Assembly: GCA_000990325.1 (NCBI GenBank)
Contig: LBPS01000008.1
Location: forward strand, 97-64,096
DNA length: 64,000 bases
Direction of reading: 5' to 3'
From: Candidatus Nomurabacteria bacterium GW2011_GWE2_34_25
GTDB lineage: Bacteria; Patescibacteriota; Minisyncoccia; Phycocordibacterales; UBA9973
Below are positions 41,706-50,638 of this stretch, piece after piece. A model generated the notes under the pieces. The model was not told the DNA's origin, searched no databases, and saw only the letters and a program-made list of their open reading frames with translations. Positions within the stretch are counted from its first letter, which is position 1. Every line of letters starts with the position of its first letter. A program made the translations under genes and the position numbers.

Positions 41706-42137
41706 ATGCCTGACCTTACTAATCAAAAGAAAATATTAATCTTCGGCGTTTTCGATGGTGTCCACGAAGGACATCTTTCTTTTATAAATGAAGCGAGGGA
41801 GCAAGGCAGTCAGCTTGTAGCTATTGTCACTCGCGATAGTATGGTAGAGAAGATGAAAGGTAAGCTTCCTAAATATAATGAAGTAGAAAGAATCAAAAAT
41901 CTTTTAGAAATTCCCGAAGTCGATAGGGTACTCTTGGGCGACTTAGATATGGGTACATATAATATTTTAAAAGAAGTTGCTCCTGATATTGTATTCCTAG
42001 GTTACGATCAGAATGAATTATTTGATGATTTGAATTTAAAAATAAAAGAAGGGTATTTAAATAATATAGAAATTTTACAAGGCAGTCCCCACAAAGCAGA
42101 TACTCACCATTCTTCAATTTTGAATAAAAAAAGTTAG
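41706..42137 (+). CDS. Cytidylyltransferase-fold nucleotidyltransferase (RibL/FAD synthase-like)
   Basis: FGVFDGVHEGH, PDIVFLGYDQ, HSS. Confidence 0.82.
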   Translation: MPDLTNQKKILIFGVFDGVHEGHLSFINEAREQGSQLVAIVTRDSMVEKMKGKLPKYNEVERIKNLLEIPEVDRVLLGDLDMGTYNILKEVAPDIVFLGYDQNELFDDLNLKIKEGYLNNIEILQGSPHKADTHHSSILNKKS

Positions 42138-42276
42138 TTTACATATTTCAGTTATGACTGAGATATGTATTTTAAATAAATAGATAAAAAGATAGCCCGG
42201 AACAGTATGTCGTCCGGGCTAAACTCAATTAAAAAACATTACGAACTTATCGAACGTTTCGGCATGCAGTAGTGAA

Positions 42277-42777
42277 TCAAGTAATACTGTTTCCGCCGGC
42301 CAAATTTTCCATGCAAGCGCTGGTCATCAATGCTTTGAGTACATGGCATCCAGATCCATCCCTCAGGTTAGTAGCAACGGCATCATCCACGAAAGTTGTA
42401 AAATTAACACAATTATTACTTGCCAAAAATTGAACAGGTGGTTTGGTTTGTAACACCATAGAAGAAATAACTACACCAGGAGATAGTTCTTGGTTAGCAG
42501 TTTTTAGGATCACTTCATTCGCAACAGTAGCATTTTCCACTCTGGCAGTCGTCTGTGGTAATACTACAACCGGTAAGCTTATTTCCGGAGAAGCAACGGT
42601 CATATCCACTACTACAAAGTGCTTAGCAGGTGGAGATGAATTTGAAGAGCTTGCAATCCCTTTGTTATTTGAAAGCAACACAATACTGGTCACAATCATA
42701 ATAACAAGCATAAGAAAACGACTGAACGATTTCTTCATGTTAATGATTTTAAATGTTAGAAAACAGTACATAATCAT
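42277..42777 (-). CDS. Hypothetical secreted protein
   Basis: Signal-peptide-like MKKSFSRFLMLVIMIV (probable start 42738); no known motif. Confidence 0.5.
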   Translation of the reverse strand: MIMYCFLTFKIINMKKSFSRFLMLVIMIVTSIVLLSNNKGIASSSNSSPPAKHFVVVDMTVASPEISLPVVVLPQTTARVENATVANEVILKTANQELSPGVVISSMVLQTKPPVQFLASNNCVNFTTFVDDAVATNLRDGSGCHVLKALMTSACMENLAGGNSIT

Positions 42778-42878
42778 CAGTAGATTTCCTAGGTCTACGT
42801 GTATTATGATTATTTATTTTTTCAAATTAAGGATATCATATCTATATAATTCTTGTCAAATATTTTTGGTGGATAAAT

Positions 42879-42909
42879 GTTTAGGGTTTTGCGAAGCAAA
42901 ACCCTAAAC
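42879..42909 (+). other. Perfect 14-bp stem hairpin capped by GC-GAA-GC
   Basis: gtttagggttttgc-GAA-gcaaaaccctaaac upstream of ATPase copy 2. Confidence 0.7.
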
Positions 42910-42951
42910 CCTTTTGTAAATTTATAATTAAAGGTATAATATATTCATATC

Positions 42952-45225
42952 ATGGAAAATGAAATTCCACACAATCGTGACATAACATACTTTGCTAAGA
43001 CGAATTTTCGTAATAGTGACAATATTTTCGGTATTAAGCGTAAGGATCGTCGTCAGCATATGTACATTCTCGGAAAGTCAGGTACTGGTAAGTCTGTTTT
43101 ACTCTCAAATCTAATTGTTCAAAATATCCAAAATGGTGAAGGTGTTTGTGTTGTCGATCCTCACGGAGAGCTTGTCGAAGAAGTCCTGCATCTTATCCCA
43201 GAACACAGAAAGAAAGATGTTATTTATTTCAATCCTGCCGATACTGAATTCCACATAGGGTTCAACGTCATCCAGCTCGATGATCCAAAGTACAAGCACT
43301 TGGTAGCTTCAGGACTCATGGGTATCTTCACGAAGATTTGGGCCAATGCTTGGAGTTCTCGTATGGAGTACATTTTGAACAATGCGATTCTAGCCCTGCT
43401 CGACACCCCAGGTACGACTCTTCTCGGTATTCCACGTCTCTTAGTCGACAAAGATTATCGTCAAATGATCATTGGTAATTTAAAAGATCCAGTTGTGAAA
43501 GCTTTCTGGGTTCACGAGTACGAGCAGTGGCGTGAGCAGTTCAGAAATGAAGCCATCGCGCCGATTCAGAACAAGGTTGGGCAATTCCTCTCCACTTCGA
43601 TTATTCGTAATGTTGTCGGTCAGCCGAAGTCAACGATAGATATTTTCAAAATAATGAACGAAGGCAAGATCTTCCTTGTCAATGTTTCCAAGGGGCGTAT
43701 CGGTGAGGACAATTCAGCTTTGCTTGGAGGTATGATTATTACCAAGATCCAGCTTGCCGCCATGGAGCGTGTGCGTATTCCCGAGGACGAACGTAAAGAT
43801 TTCTATTTATATGTCGACGAATTTCAAAACTTTGCGACTGATTCATTTGCGAACATTCTCTCAGAAGCTCGTAAGTATCGTTTGAATCTGACAGTTGCTC
43901 ACCAGTACACTGCTCAACTTGAGAACAAAGATGGATCGAAGGTTCGTGATGCTGTCTTCGGTAACGTCGGAACCATGATTATTTTCCGTGTTGGTGCGGA
44001 CGACGCAGATTTTCTTGAAAAAGAATTTGAGCCAGAATTCATGGCTCAAGACTTAGTAAACTTACCGAACTTTCACGTTTATCTAAAGCTTATGATAGAT
44101 GGTATTACTAGTCGTCCCTTTTCTGCTTCGACTCTTCCTCCCCTTAAAGTTGATCCGACTTCAGGTGTGAAAGATGCAATCATAGCTTCTTCTCGTAAGC
44201 TTTACACTCGCTCTCGTCAAGAAGTTGAAGATGAAATCTCCAGATGGAGTGGAATGCTTCAAGTGGGTGATGGAGAAGCAAAGTACAAGGCTGACTGTTC
44301 TAATTGTGGCAAGGTTACAATGGTTCCTTTTGAACCTCAGGAAGGCAGACCTGTTTATTGTAAAGAATGTATGTTCAAGATAAAGAGTGGCGAGCTCAAG
44401 CCCGATAGTGGTTTTATTGCTTCTCGTTCTTCTCGCCAAGAAGAGAAAGTTTCAACTGCACCTTTGGCTGCTTTAGGTATAGAATTTGCTGTGACTGATA
44501 CAAACTTTAGAGTTTCAAAGAATCAAGAGCAGACGAATCCGAAAATACCAGAAAGAATTGACAGAAATATTAATACAAATAATAATACCAATAACAATCA
44601 TTACAATAATCATCAGTCGGATACAAATAGGAATCATTTTGTGAAAAATGAAAGGAAGCATTCAGGACCCTCACCACTTTTGAAAGGGTTATTGCAAAAG
44701 ATTGGTATGGGTAATAATAAAGGAGAAGCATCTTCTGTCCCCGAAGCAACAGAAATTAAAAAAGAAGTTCCAGCTCCTATATCTCTCTCTTCACTTAAGA
44801 AAGACACGATAAAAGATGTGAGGAAAGAATTCGTAGCCCCTGTCAAAGAAGCGACAGAGGAAAAGAAAGCATCACTTAAAGACTTGCTTGCAAAGACCGT
44901 AAATCATCATCACGAAGAGCATATTGTCGAAGTCGCCTCGAGGGCGGCAGTCAGAGAAGGCGGGAAGGAAGAGGAAGTTCCTGAAGTTAAAGAAGTAATT
45001 CCTGAAAAGAAAATTGAAATAATAGAAACAAAACCTGAAGTTAAAGAAGAAATATTTATACCTAAAGTAGAGGAAGTCCCTGTAGCACCTCCTTCTGTAC
45101 CATTGCCTCCTAAAAAAGAAGAGATAAAATCGGGTGGAGATGATATTGCGGATTCTCTTGCTTGGCAGAAACGTCAAGTGAAGAAGGAAGTTCCAGAAGA
45201 TGTGCTCCGTAAAGTCTTAGAATAA
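42952..45225 (+). CDS. VirD4/TraD/HerA-like ATPase, copy 2, with a CxxC-x17-CxxC domain and low-complexity tail
   Basis: GKSGTGKS, VDPHGE, LYVDEFQN, SEARKY; CSNC-x17-CKEC; Asn-rich and Glu/Lys/Pro-rich C-terminus. Confidence 0.88.
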   Translation: MENEIPHNRDITYFAKTNFRNSDNIFGIKRKDRRQHMYILGKSGTGKSVLLSNLIVQNIQNGEGVCVVDPHGELVEEVLHLIPEHRKKDVIYFNPADTEFHIGFNVIQLDDPKYKHLVASGLMGIFTKIWANAWSSRMEYILNNAILALLDTPGTTLLGIPRLLVDKDYRQMIIGNLKDPVVKAFWVHEYEQWREQFRNEAIAPIQNKVGQFLSTSIIRNVVGQPKSTIDIFKIMNEGKIFLVNVSKGRIGEDNSALLGGMIITKIQLAAMERVRIPEDERKDFYLYVDEFQNFATDSFANILSEARKYRLNLTVAHQYTAQLENKDGSKVRDAVFGNVGTMIIFRVGADDADFLEKEFEPEFMAQDLVNLPNFHVYLKLMIDGITSRPFSASTLPPLKVDPTSGVKDAIIASSRKLYTRSRQEVEDEISRWSGMLQVGDGEAKYKADCSNCGKVTMVPFEPQEGRPVYCKECMFKIKSGELKPDSGFIASRSSRQEEKVSTAPLAALGIEFAVTDTNFRVSKNQEQTNPKIPERIDRNINTNNNTNNNHYNNHQSDTNRNHFVKNERKHSGPSPLLKGLLQKIGMGNNKGEASSVPEATEIKKEVPAPISLSSLKKDTIKDVRKEFVAPVKEATEEKKASLKDLLAKTVNHHHEEHIVEVASRAAVREGGKEEEVPEVKEVIPEKKIEIIETKPEVKEEIFIPKVEEVPVAPPSVPLPPKKEEIKSGGDDIADSLAWQKRQVKKEVPEDVLRKVLE

Positions 45226-45234
45226 TTTATTTTT

Positions 45235-46626
45235 ATGATTATAAAAAGAATCAAATATTCCGTAATTTTTATTGTAATGCTTTTTGCTTTTTCACACTTA
45301 GCACAAGCTAATCTTGAAATTACCGAAGTGAATTATAATCCAGCAGTTAAAGCTAATCATCTTTGGATAAAAATTTTCAATAATACAACCGATGAGGTTG
45401 ACCTTACTATGTGGTCTGTATCAGATTATGATGGTACTTCATGGCACCATCATGCTATTAATGCAGATGGTTCTTCATTTTTATCTCCCAACTCGTATGC
45501 GATAGTGGCGAAAGCATCTTCTACCACTATTGATGATTTTAAAAGTAAAAATCCTGAAATTTCAGATATGTTATTTTATGGTAATTTAACTATTGAAAAC
45601 GAGGGGGTGTTAGGACTTAGCAATGACAAAAAGACCATTATTAGCAATAAATCATATGGTGGAGCTATTGTACCCTCAGATACAAATTCGGACAGCAATG
45701 CCAGTGATACAAGTAGCACCAGCACAAGTGGAAGTGTTTCAAGTTCTAGTTCATCAAAAGAAGAAACCAAAGTTTATAACATAACAACGAAGATTATTTC
45801 TCCGAAAATTGTAACTGCAGGAGTACCTTTCACTCTTGATCACAATACAACAGGCATAAAGAAGGAAAAGATTATCCTAGGTAAATTCGTTTGGAATTTT
45901 GGAGATGGTATGAAAAAAGAGGGAATTACTTCCGATCCATTTTCTTATATTTATCAGTATCCAGGTGAGTATGTTTTAACTCTTTCATATTCTGGTTCTT
46001 CTTTTAGTGCAAAACCAGATGCGACCGATAGGCTTATAGTAAAAGTTATCTCCTCTGGTATTGTTATAAGTTCAGTTGGTACATTTGCCGACCCGTATAT
46101 AGAAATAGAGAATAATTCAAACTATGAAATGTCTATGAGTAATTTTATTATAAAAGGCAGTGTTCATTATTTTATAATTCCAAACGGTATGATGATACTT
46201 CCTAAGAGCAAATTAAAATTATCCCCTAGAATCACTGGTTTTGATATCAATGATTTGACTTCTATTTCTATTATTGACACTTCTGGGCAGATTTTCGCGA
46301 CTTATCCAAACAAAGTAGCATCAACAATAAAATATTCAACAAGTAAAAATATAAATAATGTCACGTCTGAAAATATTGTAAAGTCAGATATTGCCACCGA
46401 CAATCAGAATGGAAATCCTAACAACGTTATAGATTTGAATAACCTTGGTGTCAGTGCTGTAAATTCAAAAGAGTTTAATTTAAGCAAAGGGGCTTATGCT
46501 TGGTTTGGGCTTGCTGTAATTCTTATCATTGGTATTGCAAGTGTAATTCTTATTCGTCGTAAGGAAGAAATTCCTGACTATGTGGAAGAGACGATAAGTG
46601 CCAAAGACATAACGATAATAGAGTAG
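45235..46626 (+). CDS. Surface protein with lamin-tail-like and PKD domains and a C-terminal TM anchor
   Basis: Signal peptide, EITEVNYNP...WIKIFN, WNFGDG...YQYPGEY, C-terminal hydrophobic helix followed by RRK. Confidence 0.78.
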   Translation: MIIKRIKYSVIFIVMLFAFSHLAQANLEITEVNYNPAVKANHLWIKIFNNTTDEVDLTMWSVSDYDGTSWHHHAINADGSSFLSPNSYAIVAKASSTTIDDFKSKNPEISDMLFYGNLTIENEGVLGLSNDKKTIISNKSYGGAIVPSDTNSDSNASDTSSTSTSGSVSSSSSSKEETKVYNITTKIISPKIVTAGVPFTLDHNTTGIKKEKIILGKFVWNFGDGMKKEGITSDPFSYIYQYPGEYVLTLSYSGSSFSAKPDATDRLIVKVISSGIVISSVGTFADPYIEIENNSNYEMSMSNFIIKGSVHYFIIPNGMMILPKSKLKLSPRITGFDINDLTSISIIDTSGQIFATYPNKVASTIKYSTSKNINNVTSENIVKSDIATDNQNGNPNNVIDLNNLGVSAVNSKEFNLSKGAYAWFGLAVILIIGIASVILIRRKEEIPDYVEETISAKDITIIE

Positions 46627-46646
46627 CTAGTCACATAGCCACAAGT

Positions 46647-46671
46647 TAGCCACAAGTCCGACTTGTGGCTA
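46647..46671. repeat. REP-like short palindrome, copy 3, preceded by tandem half copies
   Basis: tagccacaagtccgacttgtggcta, preceded by tagtcaca and tagccacaagt. Confidence 0.65.
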
Positions 46672-46756
46672 GAATATAGACAAAGTAACATTAAAACTGT
46701 AAGCTTAATTTATAATTATAATATAAAGACTCCAGCAAGGCTGGTAAAATAATAAA

Positions 46757-48421
46757 ATGGAAACAAAGACTTGTCAAAACTGTAAAAATGACTTCATAAT
46801 TGAGCCAGATGACTTTTCTTTCTATGAGAAAATGAAAGTTCCTGTACCTAAAATTTGTCCAGATTGTCGCTTTAAAATGAGGGCAATGTGGAGAAATGAG
46901 ATGAGTATGTATTCAGGACGAAAGTGCGGTTTATGTGGCAAAAGTGTATTATCTATTTACAATCTCAAATCCCCATTTACAACATATTGTTATGAATGTT
47001 TTTATTCTGAAAAATGGAGTCCCAAAGATTATGCAACTCTATACGATAAGTCACGACCATTCTTTGATCAAATGGGGGAGTTTTTAATTAAAGTTCCTAA
47101 GATAAATTTAGGTATTTCTACTGGAGATGGACCAAATATAAATAGTGAATATGTGAATATGGCTGGAGGATGCAAGAATTGTTATCTTGTTTTTAATACA
47201 AGTCCTGCTGAAGAATTACTTTATTCTAGGGGTGTAAAGAGTGGTATTTTTTCTTCTGACATTTATTTTGGAGTGAAGTTTGAGAACTGTTACGATTGCG
47301 TGAGTATTCAAGAATCAGCCAATGTTTTCTGGGGACAAAACATTATGGGCTGTGTAGATTCCTATTTTATTTTAAATGGTAGTGGTCTCACGAATTGTTT
47401 TGGCTGTGTTAATTTAAGGAATAAAAGTAATTGTTGGTTTAATGAGCAATTAACTTCCGAAGAATATAAAACAAGATTGGGTGAAGTTATGGGTAGCTAT
47501 TCAAAAATATTAGAAGCTCGCAAGAAATTTGAAGAATTTTGTTTACAGCATCCACATAAAGAGAACAATAATTTAAAAACGATAAATTCTGTGGGGGACT
47601 ACTTAACTGAATGCAAAAATGTTGTAAATTCTTTTGAAGTGGCAAAATCAGAAGATTGTCGTTATATTTTTTCATCTAAAATGATTAAGGATTCTTTGGG
47701 AACAACTGGATTTGGGACAAAATCTGAAAGATTACTTGAAGTTGTTGCGACTGGACATTCTAGTAATATTATAGGTTCTTATTGGGCGGAAAATTGTAGT
47801 AATGTAATGTATTCTTTTGATTTGAGAAATTGCCATGATTGTATAGGGTGTGACGCTCTAAAGAATGGTAAATATGCCATTTTTAACAAAGAATATTCAA
47901 AGGAAGAATACGAGGAATTAAAGGCTCATATTGTTAAAGAGCTTACAGAACAGGGGATACATGGGCTCATGATGCCAGTAATTATCGCTCCATTTGCATA
48001 CAATGAAACAATTGCTCAAGATAATTTCTCACTAACCAAAGAGGAAGCATTGGCCCAAGGCTATAGGTGGGAAGATGATATACAGATGACTAAGGGCAAG
48101 GATACAATACAGCTAGATGACATAGAAGATAATATCAAAGATATTAGAGATTCTATAACAAGTGAAATATTGAAATGCATCTCTTGCGAAAGGAATTATA
48201 AGATTACGGAGCAAGAGCTACTTTTTTACAGAAAAATGGTCCTACCTATTCCTCGTCAGTGTTTCTATTGTCGTCATCAGGATAGAATAAAAAGGCGAGG
48301 TCCATATAAATTCTGGGATAGGAAATGTGATCATTGTGATAAAGATATTAAAACCAATTATTCACCAGAACGTAAGGAAATAATATACTGCGAGAAGTGT
48401 TATCAGCAGGAAGTAATATAG
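46757..48421 (+). CDS. Cys-rich repeat / zinc-ribbon hypothetical protein, paralog 4
   Basis: METKTCQNCKNDF...CPDCR; C-terminal YSPERKEIIYCEKCYQQEVI. Confidence 0.9.
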   Translation: METKTCQNCKNDFIIEPDDFSFYEKMKVPVPKICPDCRFKMRAMWRNEMSMYSGRKCGLCGKSVLSIYNLKSPFTTYCYECFYSEKWSPKDYATLYDKSRPFFDQMGEFLIKVPKINLGISTGDGPNINSEYVNMAGGCKNCYLVFNTSPAEELLYSRGVKSGIFSSDIYFGVKFENCYDCVSIQESANVFWGQNIMGCVDSYFILNGSGLTNCFGCVNLRNKSNCWFNEQLTSEEYKTRLGEVMGSYSKILEARKKFEEFCLQHPHKENNNLKTINSVGDYLTECKNVVNSFEVAKSEDCRYIFSSKMIKDSLGTTGFGTKSERLLEVVATGHSSNIIGSYWAENCSNVMYSFDLRNCHDCIGCDALKNGKYAIFNKEYSKEEYEELKAHIVKELTEQGIHGLMMPVIIAPFAYNETIAQDNFSLTKEEALAQGYRWEDDIQMTKGKDTIQLDDIEDNIKDIRDSITSEILKCISCERNYKITEQELLFYRKMVLPIPRQCFYCRHQDRIKRRGPYKFWDRKCDHCDKDIKTNYSPERKEIIYCEKCYQQEVI

Positions 48422-48429
48422 ATAATATC

Positions 48430-48459
48430 TGTTCTCTAATTCTATAGAATTGTAGAATA
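48430..48459. promoter_or_regulatory. Degenerate copy 4 of the 30-bp palindrome
   Basis: tgttctctaattcta/tagaattgtagaata right after paralog 4. Confidence 0.55.
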
Positions 48460-48468
48460 AAAAATAAA

Positions 48469-49245
48469 ATGCAAAATAAAAAACAAAAAAACAAAAAGGA
48501 TACTTCATGGAATAGTGTATCGAGTTGGTACGATGAATTGTTGAAAGGGGATGATAGCTATCAAGCGAAGGTTATATTGCCGAATTTACTTCGATTTCTT
48601 GATTTGAAGAAAGGAGAAACAGTTTTTGATCTTGCTTGTGGTCAAGGGTATTTTGCCAATGTTTTTGCTCATAATGGGGCAGATGTTACGGCTTCAGATT
48701 TATCCAAGAATTTAATAGAAACTGCCAAGAAGAATTCTAAAGAAAAAGTTGTTTTCTATATATCACCTGCACATAAGGCGCAATTTTTAAAAGATAGTTC
48801 CGTTGATACTATCGTTATTGTACTTGCTACTCAAAATATTGAAAACATAAACGAAGTCTTTGTTGAATGTAAAAGGGTTCTTAAAAAGAGTGGGCGAATG
48901 GTTCTAGTTTTGAATCATCCAGCTTTTCGTATTCCACAAGGTAGTGATTGGGTTTTTGAAAGTGGAGTTCAATCTCGTATTATTAGCCAGTATCTATCGC
49001 CATCCAAAATATTTATCGATATGACTCCAGGAGAGAAAAATCCAAAGAAGAAAATTAAAACAATATCTTTCCATCGCTCACTTCAAGATTATATGAAGGT
49101 TTTTTCTAAAAGTGGCCTTGTCATCACACGTCTTGAAGAGTGGATCTCGCACAAGCAAAGCGGGTCAGGTCCTCGTCAAATAGCTGAAGATAAAGCTCGC
49201 AAAGAAATTCCTATGTTTATGTGTATAGAGATTAAAAAAATATAA
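48469..49245 (+). CDS. Class I SAM-dependent methyltransferase
   Basis: VFDLACGQG motif I, RVLKKSG, NHPAF. Confidence 0.9.
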   Translation: MQNKKQKNKKDTSWNSVSSWYDELLKGDDSYQAKVILPNLLRFLDLKKGETVFDLACGQGYFANVFAHNGADVTASDLSKNLIETAKKNSKEKVVFYISPAHKAQFLKDSSVDTIVIVLATQNIENINEVFVECKRVLKKSGRMVLVLNHPAFRIPQGSDWVFESGVQSRIISQYLSPSKIFIDMTPGEKNPKKKIKTISFHRSLQDYMKVFSKSGLVITRLEEWISHKQSGSGPRQIAEDKARKEIPMFMCIEIKKI

Positions 49246-49256
49246 TTAATAACAAA

Positions 49257-49405
49257 AAGCTACTTCTCAAATAGCTCTCTTTGATAGCGTATTCTTGAAT
49301 AGTCTTATCAGAGGGGCCGGCGGAGAGTGACGACTCGAGCAATGAGCAAATTTTCAGCAGAAAATTATGCGGACCCTCTGAGAAGAGCTATTCAAGAAGA
49401 AGCTT
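49257..49405 (+). mobile_element. Family A palindromic element (intergenic, convergent genes)
   Basis: Arms 49292-49319 / 49370-49398, an extra arm copy at 49257-49280, core cgga-gagt-GACG-actc-gag...aattttc-AGCA-gaaaatt. Confidence 0.72.
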
Positions 49406-49406
49406 A

Positions 49407-49985
49407 CTAATTTATTTTCTCCAATGCCTTAGGAATTTTATTGAAATCTTTTATAAGAGTTTCTCTCATTCCTCCATTATATAATGCAGCGGCAGGGTGG
49501 TAGAGGGGGAGGAAGGCTTGCTTTTTGCCTAGCTCAGGGATGGATTTGATTAAGAGCTTACCATGCACGTCAGAGATTTTTTCCGTAGGAAAAAATCGAA
49601 GCATTGAATGCCTCCCTAGGAATACAATAAGTTTAGGTGAAATTATTTTTAATTCGGCTATGAGCCACTCATTACATTCTTCTTTTTCATTTGGCTCCGG
49701 ATCTCTATTGTCAGGTGGACGATATTTTACAATATTTGTTATGTAGATATCCTCTCTTTTCATTCCTATACCTTCAAGCATTTCACTAAGGAACTTTCCT
49801 GCTGCTCCTATAAATGGTTTACCACCCTCATCTTCCTTTTTTCCTGGAGCTTCCCCTATAAAGACTATCTCACTTTCCGCATTACCATCGCCAAAAACGG
49901 CTTGTTTAGCAGTCTTTTTAAGATCACAAGTACAATTCTCTTGCCAATATATGTTCAACTTGTCTAATTGTTCTCGTTTTGACAT
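49407..49985 (-). CDS. Uracil-DNA glycosylase family 4
   Basis: FIGEAPG, PFIGAAG, TNIVKYRPPDNRDP, LYHPAA. Confidence 0.93.
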   Translation of the reverse strand: MSKREQLDKLNIYWQENCTCDLKKTAKQAVFGDGNAESEIVFIGEAPGKKEDEGGKPFIGAAGKFLSEMLEGIGMKREDIYITNIVKYRPPDNRDPEPNEKEECNEWLIAELKIISPKLIVFLGRHSMLRFFPTEKISDVHGKLLIKSIPELGKKQAFLPLYHPAAALYNGGMRETLIKDFNKIPKALEKIN

Positions 49986-50025
49986 TTCACTATTATAACA
50001 TTTTGTAATTTGATATAATAGAAGA

Positions 50026-50622
50026 ATGCCAGACAAAATCATACTTAATCAAAAATTTTGGAATATGAGAGAAGAAGATCTACCTTGTCTTATTACTTAT
50101 GGGAACAAATCTGGTGGTTCATATTTTTCTGTTGTAACACTTGCCAATTTATTATTAGCTGGATCAAAAGTTTTATTATTTACGGCTTATCCTATGGCTA
50201 AAGATAATTTCTTGGGGCAAATTAAAGGAGGTGGACAAGATGTATCTTATATTTCAAATGAAAGTGAACTAAATAGCAAAACGGGAGCTATTATAATAGA
50301 AAGTGGTAATGAAGAATTATTCTTAAAAGCTCTTGAAAAATTAGATGACATAGAAGATCGTGTAGTTCTAATAAAGAATATTGAAGTATTTGATTCTACC
50401 ACTATTGAAGCTTGTTTAAAACTCAAGAAAGTAATCATTTCAGGTGATATAGATCTTTGTTCTTCCAACAAGCTTATTATGGATAAGCAGTTCAATACAA
50501 TCGTTATTTTTTCTAATCCAAAGGTAACATTATCATTTGATGTTCCAGAATTAGAAAAATATAAAGGTTATTTGTGGAGTATTAATAGTAAGGGCATCGT
50601 CGCTGTCCAAAAAGAAAATTAA
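50026..50622 (+). CDS. Hypothetical protein
   Basis: 198-aa ORF; weak degenerate P-loop-like segment only. Confidence 0.65.
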   Translation: MPDKIILNQKFWNMREEDLPCLITYGNKSGGSYFSVVTLANLLLAGSKVLLFTAYPMAKDNFLGQIKGGGQDVSYISNESELNSKTGAIIIESGNEELFLKALEKLDDIEDRVVLIKNIEVFDSTTIEACLKLKKVIISGDIDLCSSNKLIMDKQFNTIVIFSNPKVTLSFDVPELEKYKGYLWSINSKGIVAVQKEN

Positions 50623-50638
50623 TTATTATAATAATAGT

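Noticed and set aside
37130-45225. Integrative conjugative element or prophage
   Set aside because: No integrase, relaxase, VirB or phage structural genes; the ATPases sit among ordinary chromosomal genes.
5599-48421. Diversity-generating retroelement acting on the Cys-rich genes
   Set aside because: No reverse transcriptase in the window and no near-identical TR/VR pair differing only at adenines was seen.
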